In this document: positions 9,063 to 18,026 of the stretch, one piece after another
Numbering within the stretch: the first letter of the stretch is position 1
How the letters are laid out: every line of letters starts with the position of its first letter
Source: Actinomycetota bacterium
GTDB lineage: Bacteria > Actinomycetota > Acidimicrobiia > Spongiisociales > UBA5794
Length of the DNA stretch: 64,000 nt
Direction: 5' to 3'
Assembly (NCBI GenBank): GCA_013151445.1
Contig: JAADIG010000022.1
Location: 1,347 to 65,346, forward strand
Made by a program: the position numbers and the translations under genes
Notes under the pieces: generated by a model
Databases searched by the model: none
Told to the model about the DNA's origin: nothing
What the model saw: only the letters and a program-made list of their open reading frames with translations

Positions 9063-10517
9063 TCATCGCAAGGACACCACCTCCAGTCGCTGCAGGTAGT
9101 TCTTGCGCGGGATGCGGTTGATCGTTTCCATGTTGAGCCAGGCGGCGATCTCGAGTAGCTCGTCGGTGAGGTCACCCTGTGCCACGGCATAGTGGTGTTC
9201 GTGGCCGCTCGTGATCAGGGTGTTGACGAGATCACCCAGTTCGATGGGTTCGCCGTTGAGCTCAAAAGCGGTAAACCAGCCACGAGTGCCGTCGAATCCT
9301 GTGACGGTCCGTTCCTCGATGCGGGCGCGCACCACGAGAAGTTTGCTGGCATTGCTCCCGACGTAAGCGATCGTTACATCCTGGGCCGCAAAGACGTGGT
9401 CGCCAGCGACACCAAATGTTTGTGGTGATTTCCTACCAAGCGTCGTATGGTCGACCCATCGGATCCCATCACTGTTGGCAAAATGTCGGGGCGTCACCCC
9501 GCAGTGCCACATCAATAGCGAACCGGTACTTACATCCAGGGCAGTCATGTCAAGCAGTGTTGATGACCCGGGTCGGTCGCTCAGTTCGTTCAGCAGTAGC
9601 ATCGAGAGGGCACCCGGGACGTCGCCCTCGCACGAGACGGCGAACCCGTCTTCGGATCCAAGCCAGCTGTACGCCATGCATGGTGCGATCCCCATGATCT
9701 CTTGGAATTTTGGCCAACACTGAACAGCGAGTGCGGCATGGCCGTCGTCCTCAGCCAGGCCCTTCAGCGCCAAATAGAGCCGTGCACCTTGTTCCATGAA
9801 CGTGTCGCTCGTCAGGACCTCGCTGGCCGCAGCCGTCAGATCTGCCACAACGGCTCGAGCGGCGGACTCGTCGACGGCGTGTGCACGATCGACGATCTCC
9901 GTGAAGTCATGGGCGACAACTCGTGTCCCGAGACGTTCCCGGACGGCCTCGGCATCGAACTCCATGTTGTAGAAGCCGGGGGAGTTGCCACCGAGCCATC
10001 CGACGGTGGCAGTCGACATTGCCTTGATTGCCTGGAGCGCCCGGACGGTGATGACAAACGGCAGTATGAAGTCGTCGTCATCAACGTGACCGAAGAACCA
10101 TTTGAACATCGGCCCATCCTGTCCCAGGTAGCGCTTGACAATGGATGCGTAGTGGTTCACAGCAACGAGGGAATGGATTTTGATCGGCCCGTCCCGATCG
10201 GGGTCCGGAGTTCCCCATATCCCGATACGGGGTGCGACCGCGCCAAGCGGTGGAAGTAGTTCGCCGGAGGCCACGCTGGCGCATTGGATCATGAGATAGT
10301 CAACCTCGGCTGCCCTCAGCTCATTTGCGGCCTTCTCAGCAAGGGCGACGTCGGTGACCGGGTAGGCGATGCTCACAAGGTCGAAGTCCATCTGTTCGGA
10401 AAGGACCCGCAGGCCGTCGATCGCACGGCCGTATTGGTTGTACTCCTCGGCGAAGTACGACGTGAATGCAACCCCCACATATCCGATTTTGAGGCGTTGG
10501 CGGTCGCGTTGTTTCAT
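9063..10517 (-). CDS. L-arabinose/L-fucose isomerase family protein (short FucI-like aldose-ketose isomerase)
   Basis: 484-aa ORF. CEGDVPGALSMLLLNEL...TLLDMTALD...MWHCG...EHHYAVAQGD blocks resemble the AraA/FucI metal-site blocks (EGDWKTAAL..FMEDYTYHF..HMLE). ATG at 10517 shares 1 nt with the dhaL stop. Confidence 0.55.
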   Translation of the reverse strand: MKQRDRQRLKIGYVGVAFTSYFAEEYNQYGRAIDGLRVLSEQMDFDLVSIAYPVTDVALAEKAANELRAAEVDYLMIQCASVASGELLPPLGAVAPRIGIWGTPDPDRDGPIKIHSLVAVNHYASIVKRYLGQDGPMFKWFFGHVDDDDFILPFVITVRALQAIKAMSTATVGWLGGNSPGFYNMEFDAEAVRERLGTRVVAHDFTEIVDRAHAVDESAARAVVADLTAAASEVLTSDTFMEQGARLYLALKGLAEDDGHAALAVQCWPKFQEIMGIAPCMAYSWLGSEDGFAVSCEGDVPGALSMLLLNELSDRPGSSTLLDMTALDVSTGSLLMWHCGVTPRHFANSDGIRWVDHTTLGRKSPQTFGVAGDHVFAAQDVTIAYVGSNASKLLVVRARIEERTVTGFDGTRGWFTAFELNGEPIELGDLVNTLITSGHEHHYAVAQGDLTDELLEIAAWLNMETINRIPRKNYLQRLEVVSLR

Positions 10518-11179
10518 CAGCGATCAGCCTCGGGTCTGCGGGCGGCCTCTGCCCACGACTCGAAGATCAGCGCGACACTGGTGGCTCCCGGATCTTGGAT
10601 GCCGACAGATTTATCGCCCGTATACCGGGCTCGGCCAACGGACGCCCGCATGCGGGTTGTGGCCGTTGCGCCGTCGCGGGCGGCCTGTGCCGTGAGCTGG
10701 AGCATTTCGTCGACCGAGACTCCCTGGTCAGCGGCCCGTCGCGATGCCACGACCGCCGGGATGAGTGCGTCGATCATGGTCTTGTCGCCAGCACTTGCTT
10801 TCCCTCGTTTTGTGACGACTGCGGTACCAATCGCAATGGCGTCTGCGAACTGTCGGACGTCGACGGCGTCGGTATCGCCGAGACTCGCTGCGGCGGCTGC
10901 GAAGAAGCTCCCGAAGAGCGCCCCCGCTGCTCCGCCCATATGGTCGAGGAACGAGTCGGCCGTCATAGCCAATACTGTTCCTGGGCTGGCGTCATCGTGG
11001 TGGGCAATCTGGCTGCGGGCATGGCCGAGGGCTGTGGCGACGTTCGCTCCGTGATCACCGTCGCCGGTGAGGGAGTCGAGATGAGAGAGCTCATCGGAGT
11101 GGGCGTCGATAGCGTCCGCAGCCGCAACGATGAATCGACACCAGTCGGCACCAGTAAGCACCTCGGTGGAGACGTTCAC
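10517..11179 (-). CDS. dhaL: dihydroxyacetone kinase family, ADP-binding subunit DhaL (Dak2 domain)
   Basis: GDGDHG nucleotide/Mg-binding motif and the helical Dak2 fold. GTGA overlap with dhaK. Confidence 0.85.
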   Translation of the reverse strand: MNVSTEVLTGADWCRFIVAAADAIDAHSDELSHLDSLTGDGDHGANVATALGHARSQIAHHDDASPGTVLAMTADSFLDHMGGAAGALFGSFFAAAAASLGDTDAVDVRQFADAIAIGTAVVTKRGKASAGDKTMIDALIPAVVASRRAADQGVSVDEMLQLTAQAARDGATATTRMRASVGRARYTGDKSVGIQDPGATSVALIFESWAEAARRPEADR

Positions 11180-12210
11180 GATGCCTCCCCGTCCGATGCC
11201 GGGCCGGCGAACTGGATACCAGCGCCGTGGGCTGGTGCGTCATAGAGCCGTTTCATCTCGGCATCGACGCGACAGATCGCCACGGTGAAACCCGCGGTGT
11301 CCTGGGTAGTCGCGTACGGTCCCAGCCACGCCCGATGGACCTGTATGTTGCGCTCCGCAAGGATTTGGGCTGCGCGTCGATACAGAATCGATAATTCCAT
11401 GACGGTGAGTGAGCCGGCGTTGTTGATGAGCAGGCACACCTCATCTCCGGATCGACAGCCGAGGTCGTCCACCACCTGGGGAACCATGATGTCCATGATG
11501 GAGTCGGCGGTGGTCACCGAGTTGGTGTTCCCATGGCTCTCTCCGTGCACCCCGACGCCGATGACAACTTCTCCCTCGGGGATGTCGGCGAGTGGCAGGC
11601 CGGTCACTGGGTGGGTACAACTGCGCAGCGTTGCAGATAGGGATCTGGTCGCGTCGCGAACGCGTTCCGCCATAGCTTTGCTGGCCAGAAGCGAAGCTCC
11701 CTCTTCGGCGTAGGCACCGACGATCTTCCACACGAAGAACAAACCGGCGGCCCCTCTCCTGTCGGGTTCCTGGCCCTTGGGTGCCGAGGCGATATCGTCG
11801 TAGAGGATGACCATCTCGACATCGTCGCGACCTGCCTGCCGAACGCGCTCAAGAGCCATCTCGGCGTTGAGAACGTCGCCAGCATGGTTTGACACGCACA
11901 GCAGGACGCCGGCGCCGCGGTCGCCGGCCGTGATGCCTGCCACCAGTCGCGATGGACCCGGGGCAGTGAAAACAGGACCGGGGACGTTCACGTCGAAGAG
12001 CCCGGGACCGACCCAGCCGATCATGGCGGGTTCGTGCCCAGATCCGTTGCCGATAACAAGACCGACCTTCCCCGGCCGTTTCGATGTTGCGCGAACGACG
12101 AGGCCGTCGTGGAGCCGGATGATGTCCTCGTGGGCGGCGCAGTATCCGTCGAGCATGTCGGCAACGATGGTTTGCGGATCGTTGATAAACCTCGTGGTTC
12201 GTACGCTCAT
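11176..12210 (-). CDS. dhaK: dihydroxyacetone kinase family, substrate-binding subunit DhaK (Dak1 domain)
   Basis: GNGSGHEP motif with the substrate-binding His, and typical Dak1 length (344 aa). ATGA overlap with the upstream isomerase. Confidence 0.85.
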   Translation of the reverse strand: MSVRTTRFINDPQTIVADMLDGYCAAHEDIIRLHDGLVVRATSKRPGKVGLVIGNGSGHEPAMIGWVGPGLFDVNVPGPVFTAPGPSRLVAGITAGDRGAGVLLCVSNHAGDVLNAEMALERVRQAGRDDVEMVILYDDIASAPKGQEPDRRGAAGLFFVWKIVGAYAEEGASLLASKAMAERVRDATRSLSATLRSCTHPVTGLPLADIPEGEVVIGVGVHGESHGNTNSVTTADSIMDIMVPQVVDDLGCRSGDEVCLLINNAGSLTVMELSILYRRAAQILAERNIQVHRAWLGPYATTQDTAGFTVAICRVDAEMKRLYDAPAHGAGIQFAGPASDGEAS

Positions 12211-13127
12211 GCCGGGAGCTCCGGGGTTCTGGCGAGGTGGTCACGGACAAATCGGGCTGCTGCTGATGCTTCCGCCATGGCATCGTCCACCAGCGGGCGC
12301 CATGCGTGCGTGGACCGGCCGGTTTCGACCTTGGGATTGGGGAACGTCTCGACGACGAGCCAACCCGAGTAGGAGATGTCGTCGAGAGCATCGGCGATGC
12401 CATCCCAGTCGAGGTGACCGTTCCCGGGCATGGCGCGGGTGTTGGCGGCGCACTGGAAATGAGCCAGGCGCTCACCGGCGGTCCGGATCGCGGCACCGAG
12501 GTCGGCTTCTTCCATATTCATGTGGAAGGTGTCGAGTTCGATCTTGACCGAGGGATGATCCACGAGGTCTATGAAGGCGTTCGCCTGATCGACCGTGTTC
12601 AGCATGAACGTCTCGAAGCGGTTGAGCAGTTCGACACAGAGGTCGACCCCGACTGCGTCGGCGGTGGCGGCCACCTCTCGGAGGGACTCCGCCGATCGCT
12701 GGCGGTAAGGCTCGAGGTCGGTCTCGGACGGAAAGGAGAACCACGGGGCGTAGGTCACGCCACCGAGGATGGGGCTCCCAAGCTGTGCGGCGATCTCAAG
12801 GCAGCGCTTCAAATACTCGATTCCCGAGCGTCGTATGCCGGGATCGGGGCTTGAGACGTCGGTGCGTTCGGTGAGTCCGGTGCTGCACGCCACGGAGAGA
12901 TCATGCATCCTCAGGCCGGCTCGCACAGCGTCATAGTCAGCAACGTTGTCGGACATGAGAGAAATCTCGACGCCGTCGTAGCCGGTTGCGCGGACACGGT
13001 CGAAGTACGCCGCCTGGTCGTCTGCCCACCGGTCCATGAAATAGAAGATCTCGATGCCGACAGTTCGGTGCGTACCGGCGTGCAAAGACGCCGAGTCCGG
13101 GGCAGGCGGATTCGAGATGGTGCTCAC
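12207..13127 (-). CDS. sugar phosphate isomerase/epimerase (xylose isomerase-like TIM barrel, EryC-like)
   Basis: TIM-barrel blocks GIEIFYF, GYDGVEISL, ELLNRFETFMLNT and WLVVETF. Start refined to GTG at 13127, which overlaps the SorC regulator stop (GTGA). The listed ORF extends to 13265 through the regulator 3' end. Confidence 0.7.
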   Translation of the reverse strand: MSTISNPPAPDSASLHAGTHRTVGIEIFYFMDRWADDQAAYFDRVRATGYDGVEISLMSDNVADYDAVRAGLRMHDLSVACSTGLTERTDVSSPDPGIRRSGIEYLKRCLEIAAQLGSPILGGVTYAPWFSFPSETDLEPYRQRSAESLREVAATADAVGVDLCVELLNRFETFMLNTVDQANAFIDLVDHPSVKIELDTFHMNMEEADLGAAIRTAGERLAHFQCAANTRAMPGNGHLDWDGIADALDDISYSGWLVVETFPNPKVETGRSTHAWRPLVDDAMAEASAAARFVRDHLARTPELPA

Positions 13128-14164
13128 TGTTGTCCAGCGCGATCGTGCTCTAGTAGGGCGGCGGCGGTTGTGTCGTCGGTGATGAGGACGTTGAAATAAC
13201 CGCCGCGCAGACCACCAATGATTGGCTCTACCTTTTGGGTGCCACCAGCGACCAGCACACTCCAAGGTACGCTGCGGAGGTCGTCAAGGTCGATACCGAT
13301 GAGGTTCGAATCGGTGCGCGATTGCACTCGTTCACCGTCGATGTCGTAGTAGTAACCGAGGGCATCACCAACGGCCCCGCGAGAACGGAGATCGGCGAGG
13401 TCGTCTGCATTAATGATTCCGGATTGGTAGAGGATTGCGCTGGTATCGACGGGTCCAACGCTTTGCATCATGATGTCCGACTCGCGCGCCCGGTTGAGCG
13501 CGTCGGCGACGGAGGGCTCCTTGGCGAGCAGCATGCCGAGATCCGGGTTTGTTACGAATCCCGGTGCCTGGAGGATCTCACGAGTTCCGCCCGCAAGTTC
13601 GGCCATCTTTGAGGTCACGTCGAGTGTCGCCCAGTCCTGGGTGTAGACGGTACCGAGCACTTCGATGAACGTGCATTCGATCGGCTGATCCAAACGGAAC
13701 GTTTCAGGCATGTGGGAAAGGGTTCGTCCGATTCCGAGGCCGACCCGCATGTTCGGCTGGAGGTGGTGGGTGAGCCACGTGGCAGCTCCCTCGGCGAGGG
13801 TCGATGCGGCCACATTCTCGGTGTTGTCTGAGCTCACGACCACCGCCCCGCGGAGGCCGTACGCCGCGGCGAGGTCGGACTCTAGATCGATGTGCCACCC
13901 GACGGGCACCTTGACCCGTATCTCCAGGATTCCAAGTGTGCGTGCCATACCGAGAACTCGGTTGATTTTGATGCGAGAGTATCCGAGTTGATCCCCGATC
14001 TCGCCTTGGCTCAACCCGTCGCGGTAGTAGAGCATCGCGGCCTGTACGCATAGGCGATAGTCGGACTCAGATATCCCCGGAGGGGAGGTTGTCCACTCCA
14101 TCTGAACATTTGTACGCAAGGAGTTCATCTGTTCAACCCTATTGGTCGCGCGGCCACACGTCAA
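13124..14164 (-). CDS. SorC/DeoR-family transcriptional regulator (N-terminal HTH plus sugar-phosphate-binding domain; EryD/CggR-like)
   Basis: HTH DYRLCVQAAMLYYRDGLSQGEIGDQLGYSRIKINRVL followed by a SorC sugar-binding domain. Start is TTG at 14164 or ATG at 14128/14101. Confidence 0.75.
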   Translation of the reverse strand: MTCGRATNRVEQMNSLRTNVQMEWTTSPPGISESDYRLCVQAAMLYYRDGLSQGEIGDQLGYSRIKINRVLGMARTLGILEIRVKVPVGWHIDLESDLAAAYGLRGAVVVSSDNTENVAASTLAEGAATWLTHHLQPNMRVGLGIGRTLSHMPETFRLDQPIECTFIEVLGTVYTQDWATLDVTSKMAELAGGTREILQAPGFVTNPDLGMLLAKEPSVADALNRARESDIMMQSVGPVDTSAILYQSGIINADDLADLRSRGAVGDALGYYYDIDGERVQSRTDSNLIGIDLDDLRSVPWSVLVAGGTQKVEPIIGGLRGGYFNVLITDDTTAAALLEHDRAGQQ

Positions 14165-14223
14165 GTGATGGGTTCGTAATGGGAGGCCCAGGCCCGGGAG
14201 TGATGCCCGGGGGAGCGGGCACT

Positions 14224-15933
14224 TCAGTGCTCGCCGAGCATCCTTACATCTGGGGCGCCGAGCCGGGCGGCGTCGGCAGTGAGATCGTCGGGCATGGTTT
14301 GTGATTCACGCTCGGCGGCGACCCTGGCTTCATAGTGCTCGAGCTCACGTTTGACGATGGTGGTATCCCAACCGAGCACCTCCGCCATGATCGCGGCAAC
14401 AACGGGGGCCGCTTCAACACCACGATCTGGCGACTCGATCGAAAGTCGTGTGCGCCGTGCCAACACATCATCGAGGTGGAGTGCCCCTTCGTGCTCGACC
14501 GCAAACTTGATTTCGGCACCCAGGTAGGCGCCCGAAGGTACTGGTTCGGCGAGCTTCGAGTCCGTTCTGAACAGATCGAGCACGTCGGTTACTTCATCCC
14601 CGTAACGTCGCAGAAGGCGATCGATCTGGTGCTCCGGGATGCCGTATTCCGATGCGAGGTGTGAGCTCTTGGCGGCAGTATCCGCATAGTTTGTCGCACC
14701 GACTAGCTGCAGTTCCGCCGTGAGGGTGCCCGGTATTGACACCCCAGCTTCTTCGAAGGCCCGATCGACTGTGTCCTCTGCCATCAGCCGATACGTCGTG
14801 AATTTGCCGCCGGCGATCGTCGTTAGTCCAGGTGCGGGGTGTGTGATGCTGTGCTCGCGAGATGCCTTGGCTGTCGACTTTGCCGTTCCGGCGACGAGCG
14901 GGCGCAGCCCGGCGAACACACCAACGATGTCGTCCTCGGTGAGCGGAACATCGACGACCTTGTTCGCCTGCTCGAGCACATAGAGCACGTCCGACCTGCT
15001 CGCGGCGGGATGATCCAGGTCGAGGTCCCACTTGGTATCTGTTGTCCCGATGAGCCAGAAGTCGCCGTGGGGTATGAGGAAAAGGACACTGGTCTTGGTT
15101 TTGGTGATGAAACCGATCGAGGATTTGATCCGATCCTTGGGCACGACGATATGAATGCCCTTGGATGCGGTGACGTCCGTTTCTTCATCACCGACGAGGC
15201 ACTCGACCGAATCGGTCCACACGCCGGTTGCGTTGATGATGACGGACGCCGTTGCATTAACGGCACGGCCCGTTTCGAGGCATGTCGCGGTGATACCGTG
15301 CACACGGCCGTCCTTGCGCGTGAATCCGGTGACACGGGTACTCGTGAGGATGTGGGCGCCTTCCCGGGCCGCGGTTCGGGCGACTGCGGTCACATACCGG
15401 GCATCGTCTGTGCCAGCGTCGTAGTAGAGGATGCCGCCGACGAAGGCCGACCTCTTGATTCCGGGGAAGGCCTCGATCAGCTTCTTATGGCTGAGGTGAC
15501 GATGCATCGGCATGGTGCTCTTGCCTAGTTTCGCAAGCCCGTCGTACAACATGATGCCCGCACCGACGTAGGCACGTTCCCACACACGATGTTGCAGCGG
15601 GTACACAAACGGTACCGGCCAGACGAGATGAGGGGCTATCTTTGACACCAGGAGTTCCCGTTCCCGGAGCGCCTCTCGTACGAGGCCGAAATCCATTTGC
15701 TCAAGGTAGCGCAGGCCTCCATGGATGAGCTTGGATGATCGACTGGATGTACCCGAGGCGAGGTCACGCTGCTCGACAACCGCAACGGTGAGGCCGCGCG
15801 AGGCCGCATCAAGTGCACAGCCGATTCCGGTGATGCCCCCACCAACCACGATCACGTCGAAGGTTCCGCCATCCACGGTATCGAGGGTTCTGCGTCGATA
15901 CTCGGGTCCAAGAGATGTCTTTGGATCAATCAC
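14224..15933 (-). CDS. glpD: FAD-dependent glycerol-3-phosphate dehydrogenase family protein (GlpD/EryB-like)
   Basis: DVIVVGGGITGIGCALDAASRGLTVAVVEQRD dinucleotide-binding motif, and a C-terminal alpha-glycerophosphate oxidase-type domain. Start refined to GTG at 15933, which has AAGGGAG upstream and leaves 25 aa before the GGG motif. The 124-codon N-terminal extension in the track, to 16305, is rejected because it runs through the queG start region. Confidence 0.75.
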   Translation of the reverse strand: MIDPKTSLGPEYRRRTLDTVDGGTFDVIVVGGGITGIGCALDAASRGLTVAVVEQRDLASGTSSRSSKLIHGGLRYLEQMDFGLVREALRERELLVSKIAPHLVWPVPFVYPLQHRVWERAYVGAGIMLYDGLAKLGKSTMPMHRHLSHKKLIEAFPGIKRSAFVGGILYYDAGTDDARYVTAVARTAAREGAHILTSTRVTGFTRKDGRVHGITATCLETGRAVNATASVIINATGVWTDSVECLVGDEETDVTASKGIHIVVPKDRIKSSIGFITKTKTSVLFLIPHGDFWLIGTTDTKWDLDLDHPAASRSDVLYVLEQANKVVDVPLTEDDIVGVFAGLRPLVAGTAKSTAKASREHSITHPAPGLTTIAGGKFTTYRLMAEDTVDRAFEEAGVSIPGTLTAELQLVGATNYADTAAKSSHLASEYGIPEHQIDRLLRRYGDEVTDVLDLFRTDSKLAEPVPSGAYLGAEIKFAVEHEGALHLDDVLARRTRLSIESPDRGVEAAPVVAAIMAEVLGWDTTIVKRELEHYEARVAAERESQTMPDDLTADAARLGAPDVRMLGEH

Positions 15934-16030
15934 CCAGCCAGGATACTCCCTTGCGAATTCGCCGAATCCGAGGGAAGGGTGGTTACGTCGACCGCTACGC
16001 TTATCCGCTATGGAAGGTGGAGGCAGCCGA

Positions 16031-17122
16031 ATGCGGGATGTGGCGATGGCAGCAGGAGCCGTCGGATATGGGGTCACGTCCGTCGCACCCTTCGACGATG
16101 TGCGTGTCACGATGGAGCAGCGCAAGTCGTCTGGAATGTCGGGTCTGTTGGGGTTCACGTTTCGAGACCCGGAGTCCGCGACAAACGTTGGCGAGACCTT
16201 TCCGTGGGCACGGCGCCTGGTGGTGGTGGCAACGACGTATCTTCCCGAGGCGGGATCCCCGGCCGATACAGTGCCGGGAACCGGTCGCATCGCCCGTTTT
16301 GCCACTGACCTTCACTATCGACAGCTCGCCGAGGTGCTCGACGCCGTCGTGCTCGATCTCGTGGCTCGGGGCTTCCTAGCCGAGGCCGTTCATGATGACG
16401 CACGGCTCGTGGATCGCGCCGCGGCCGTGCGGGCGGGTGTCGGCTGGTGGGGGAAGAACACGATGGTACTGACACCCGGGTATGGTCCTTGGATCCTGCT
16501 CGGGTCGGTCGTGACGGATGCTGAGCTTCCGCTCGATTCTCCAATGTCCCGCACGTGTGGCACCTGTGCGGCCTGTCTGCCGGCCTGTCCGACAGGGGCG
16601 CTGGTGGAACCGGGGGTGCTCGATGCCCGCCTGTGTATAGCGTATTGGTTGCAAACGCCGGGTGTGATTCCCCTGGAAATCCGCACCGCTGTTGGTGATC
16701 GTGTGTACGGGTGCGATGAATGTCTTGACGCGTGTCCACCGGGGCAGATGCTGCTGTCGCGTGCGACGGTCGAGCGCGGCCGGGTCGACCTTGTTGCGCT
16801 GCTCACCGCAGCCGACCGAGAGCTCGAGGGTGACACGGAGCACTGGTACGTGCCAAAGCGGGACATGGACTATGTGCGGCGCAATGCCCTCATCGCGATT
16901 GGAAATGGCGCCGACCGGTCCCATGTGGGCATCGTGGCGGGTTGGTTGGGCAATGGTTCGTCGATGCTTCGAAGCCATGCGGCGTGGGCACTGGGAGAGA
17001 TCGGAGGCGATCAAGCCCGTGACGCACTCGACGCCGCAGCTCGCATCGAGACCGATGATGACGTTGCGGCTGAGATAACGTACGCATTCGCACGATGTGG
17101 GCAGCGCCCTGAGGTACGCTAA
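16031..17122 (+). CDS. queG: tRNA epoxyqueuosine(34) reductase QueG
   Basis: Two 4Fe-4S ferredoxin motifs (CGTCAACLPACPTGAL, CDECLDACPP) plus the cobalamin-binding region typical of QueG. ATG at 16031 is preceded by GGAGG. The upstream 102 codons of the listed ORF are rejected. Confidence 0.85.
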   Translation: MRDVAMAAGAVGYGVTSVAPFDDVRVTMEQRKSSGMSGLLGFTFRDPESATNVGETFPWARRLVVVATTYLPEAGSPADTVPGTGRIARFATDLHYRQLAEVLDAVVLDLVARGFLAEAVHDDARLVDRAAAVRAGVGWWGKNTMVLTPGYGPWILLGSVVTDAELPLDSPMSRTCGTCAACLPACPTGALVEPGVLDARLCIAYWLQTPGVIPLEIRTAVGDRVYGCDECLDACPPGQMLLSRATVERGRVDLVALLTAADRELEGDTEHWYVPKRDMDYVRRNALIAIGNGADRSHVGIVAGWLGNGSSMLRSHAAWALGEIGGDQARDALDAAARIETDDDVAAEITYAFARCGQRPEVR

Positions 17123-17127
17123 CTCCG

Positions 17128-17763
17128 ATGAATGACGACGACTTGATCTGCGGCGCTTGTGGCGCCCGCAACTCTCATTCCGCAAGCTGGTGCAGCCAGT
17201 GTTATGCGACGCTGGGCCCGGCCGGTGAGCCCGAGGAGGGAGGCATCGAGGTCGATGTTGCGGAGGCACCATCCGACACAGCCGACTCCGGTACCTGGGT
17301 GTGCTCGGTGTGCAGCGAAGAGCAGTCGATCGACCTCTCCGTGTGCTCGGTCTGCGGTGCAGAGATTTTTGAAACGTTCGGGTCGAATCGATGGGCTGTT
17401 ACGTCTGCGCAGGTGACACGCTCGGGTTTGGTCCCGGGTGGTGGGCTGATGAAGGTTGATCGTTCGGTTGAGGGAATCATGGTGCTGATCGTGACCCTGT
17501 TCGGTTTGGGTTTCGGTGCGTCCATCATTTCCGTCGGAGGGGCGGGAGGATGGTTGCTCATCATGGTTGCGATTGTCCTGTGGGTGGCAGCTGCAAGAGA
17601 CGCGCTGTTGACGATCGTCGCACCGAGGTCTGTGGTGCTGTCACCAAAGGTCATCATGGCAGTCGCAACCGTGATCATCATTGTGGGCATGTTGCTGGTA
17701 TTTCGCGGGTTTCCAACCTCGGCAGTCGGCAATGGGGAAGCTCTCGGCGGTGCGGTGCTGTGA
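17128..17763 (+). CDS. double zinc-ribbon domain membrane protein
   Basis: Two CxxC-x10-11-CxxC ribbons (CGACGARNSHSASWCSQC; CSVCSEEQSIDLSVCSVC) followed by 3 predicted TM helices. Starts 6 nt after the queG stop. Confidence 0.6.
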   Translation: MNDDDLICGACGARNSHSASWCSQCYATLGPAGEPEEGGIEVDVAEAPSDTADSGTWVCSVCSEEQSIDLSVCSVCGAEIFETFGSNRWAVTSAQVTRSGLVPGGGLMKVDRSVEGIMVLIVTLFGLGFGASIISVGGAGGWLLIMVAIVLWVAAARDALLTIVAPRSVVLSPKVIMAVATVIIIVGMLLVFRGFPTSAVGNGEALGGAVL

Positions 17764-18026
17764 CGGCGATCTACGCATCTTCGTTGGTTCTCGGGGTAGT
17801 TAGTTTGCTTGTATGGGTCGTGAGGATGGTTGTTGCGGATACCGTCGGCCGGGCAACACCGAACTCGTTGGCGGGCGAGGTTGGCGGTGCGCTCACAGGG
17901 TTCGGCATGGCCGGGATGTCGGCATCTTTTGGCGGTCTTGGTGTCGTCGTTTCATTTGGGGCCGCCTTGGCGGGTGCCGGGATTCTCTTTGTGCTTGCGC
18001 GCATGTTTGGAGCACCGTCCACGTGA
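17760..18026 (+). CDS. small (88-aa) two-TM membrane protein, hypothetical
   Basis: GTG at 17760 overlaps the previous stop (GTGA). Gly/Ala-rich TM helices. Its own stop overlaps the next GTG start. Not listed separately in the track, where it lies inside ORF 17550..18026. Confidence 0.4.
   Translation: MTAIYASSLVLGVVSLLVWVVRMVVADTVGRATPNSLAGEVGGALTGFGMAGMSASFGGLGVVVSFGAALAGAGILFVLARMFGAPST

Noticed and set aside
8117-9158. Plus-strand ORFs (284 and 313 aa) inside the substrate-binding protein gene, containing AGAAGAAVVVVV runs
   Set aside because: They are the antisense reading of the PT-rich tandem repeat and of a well-formed lipoprotein gene.
15725-16030. 102-codon upstream extension of queG
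   Set aside because: No similarity to QueG N-termini. A GGAGG Shine-Dalgarno precedes the internal ATG at 16031, and the extension would overlap the divergent glpD start.
15934-16305. N-terminal 124-codon extension of the GlpD-like ORF
   Set aside because: Arg/Pro-rich junk that runs across the queG promoter and start. The FAD-binding motif begins 25 aa after an internal GTG that has an AAGGGAG Shine-Dalgarno.
16155-17272. Long minus-strand ORFs (16155..16739, 16376..17272, 16390..16866) inside queG
   Set aside because: Arg/Pro/His-rich translations antisense to a well-supported queG. These are GC-skew artefacts.
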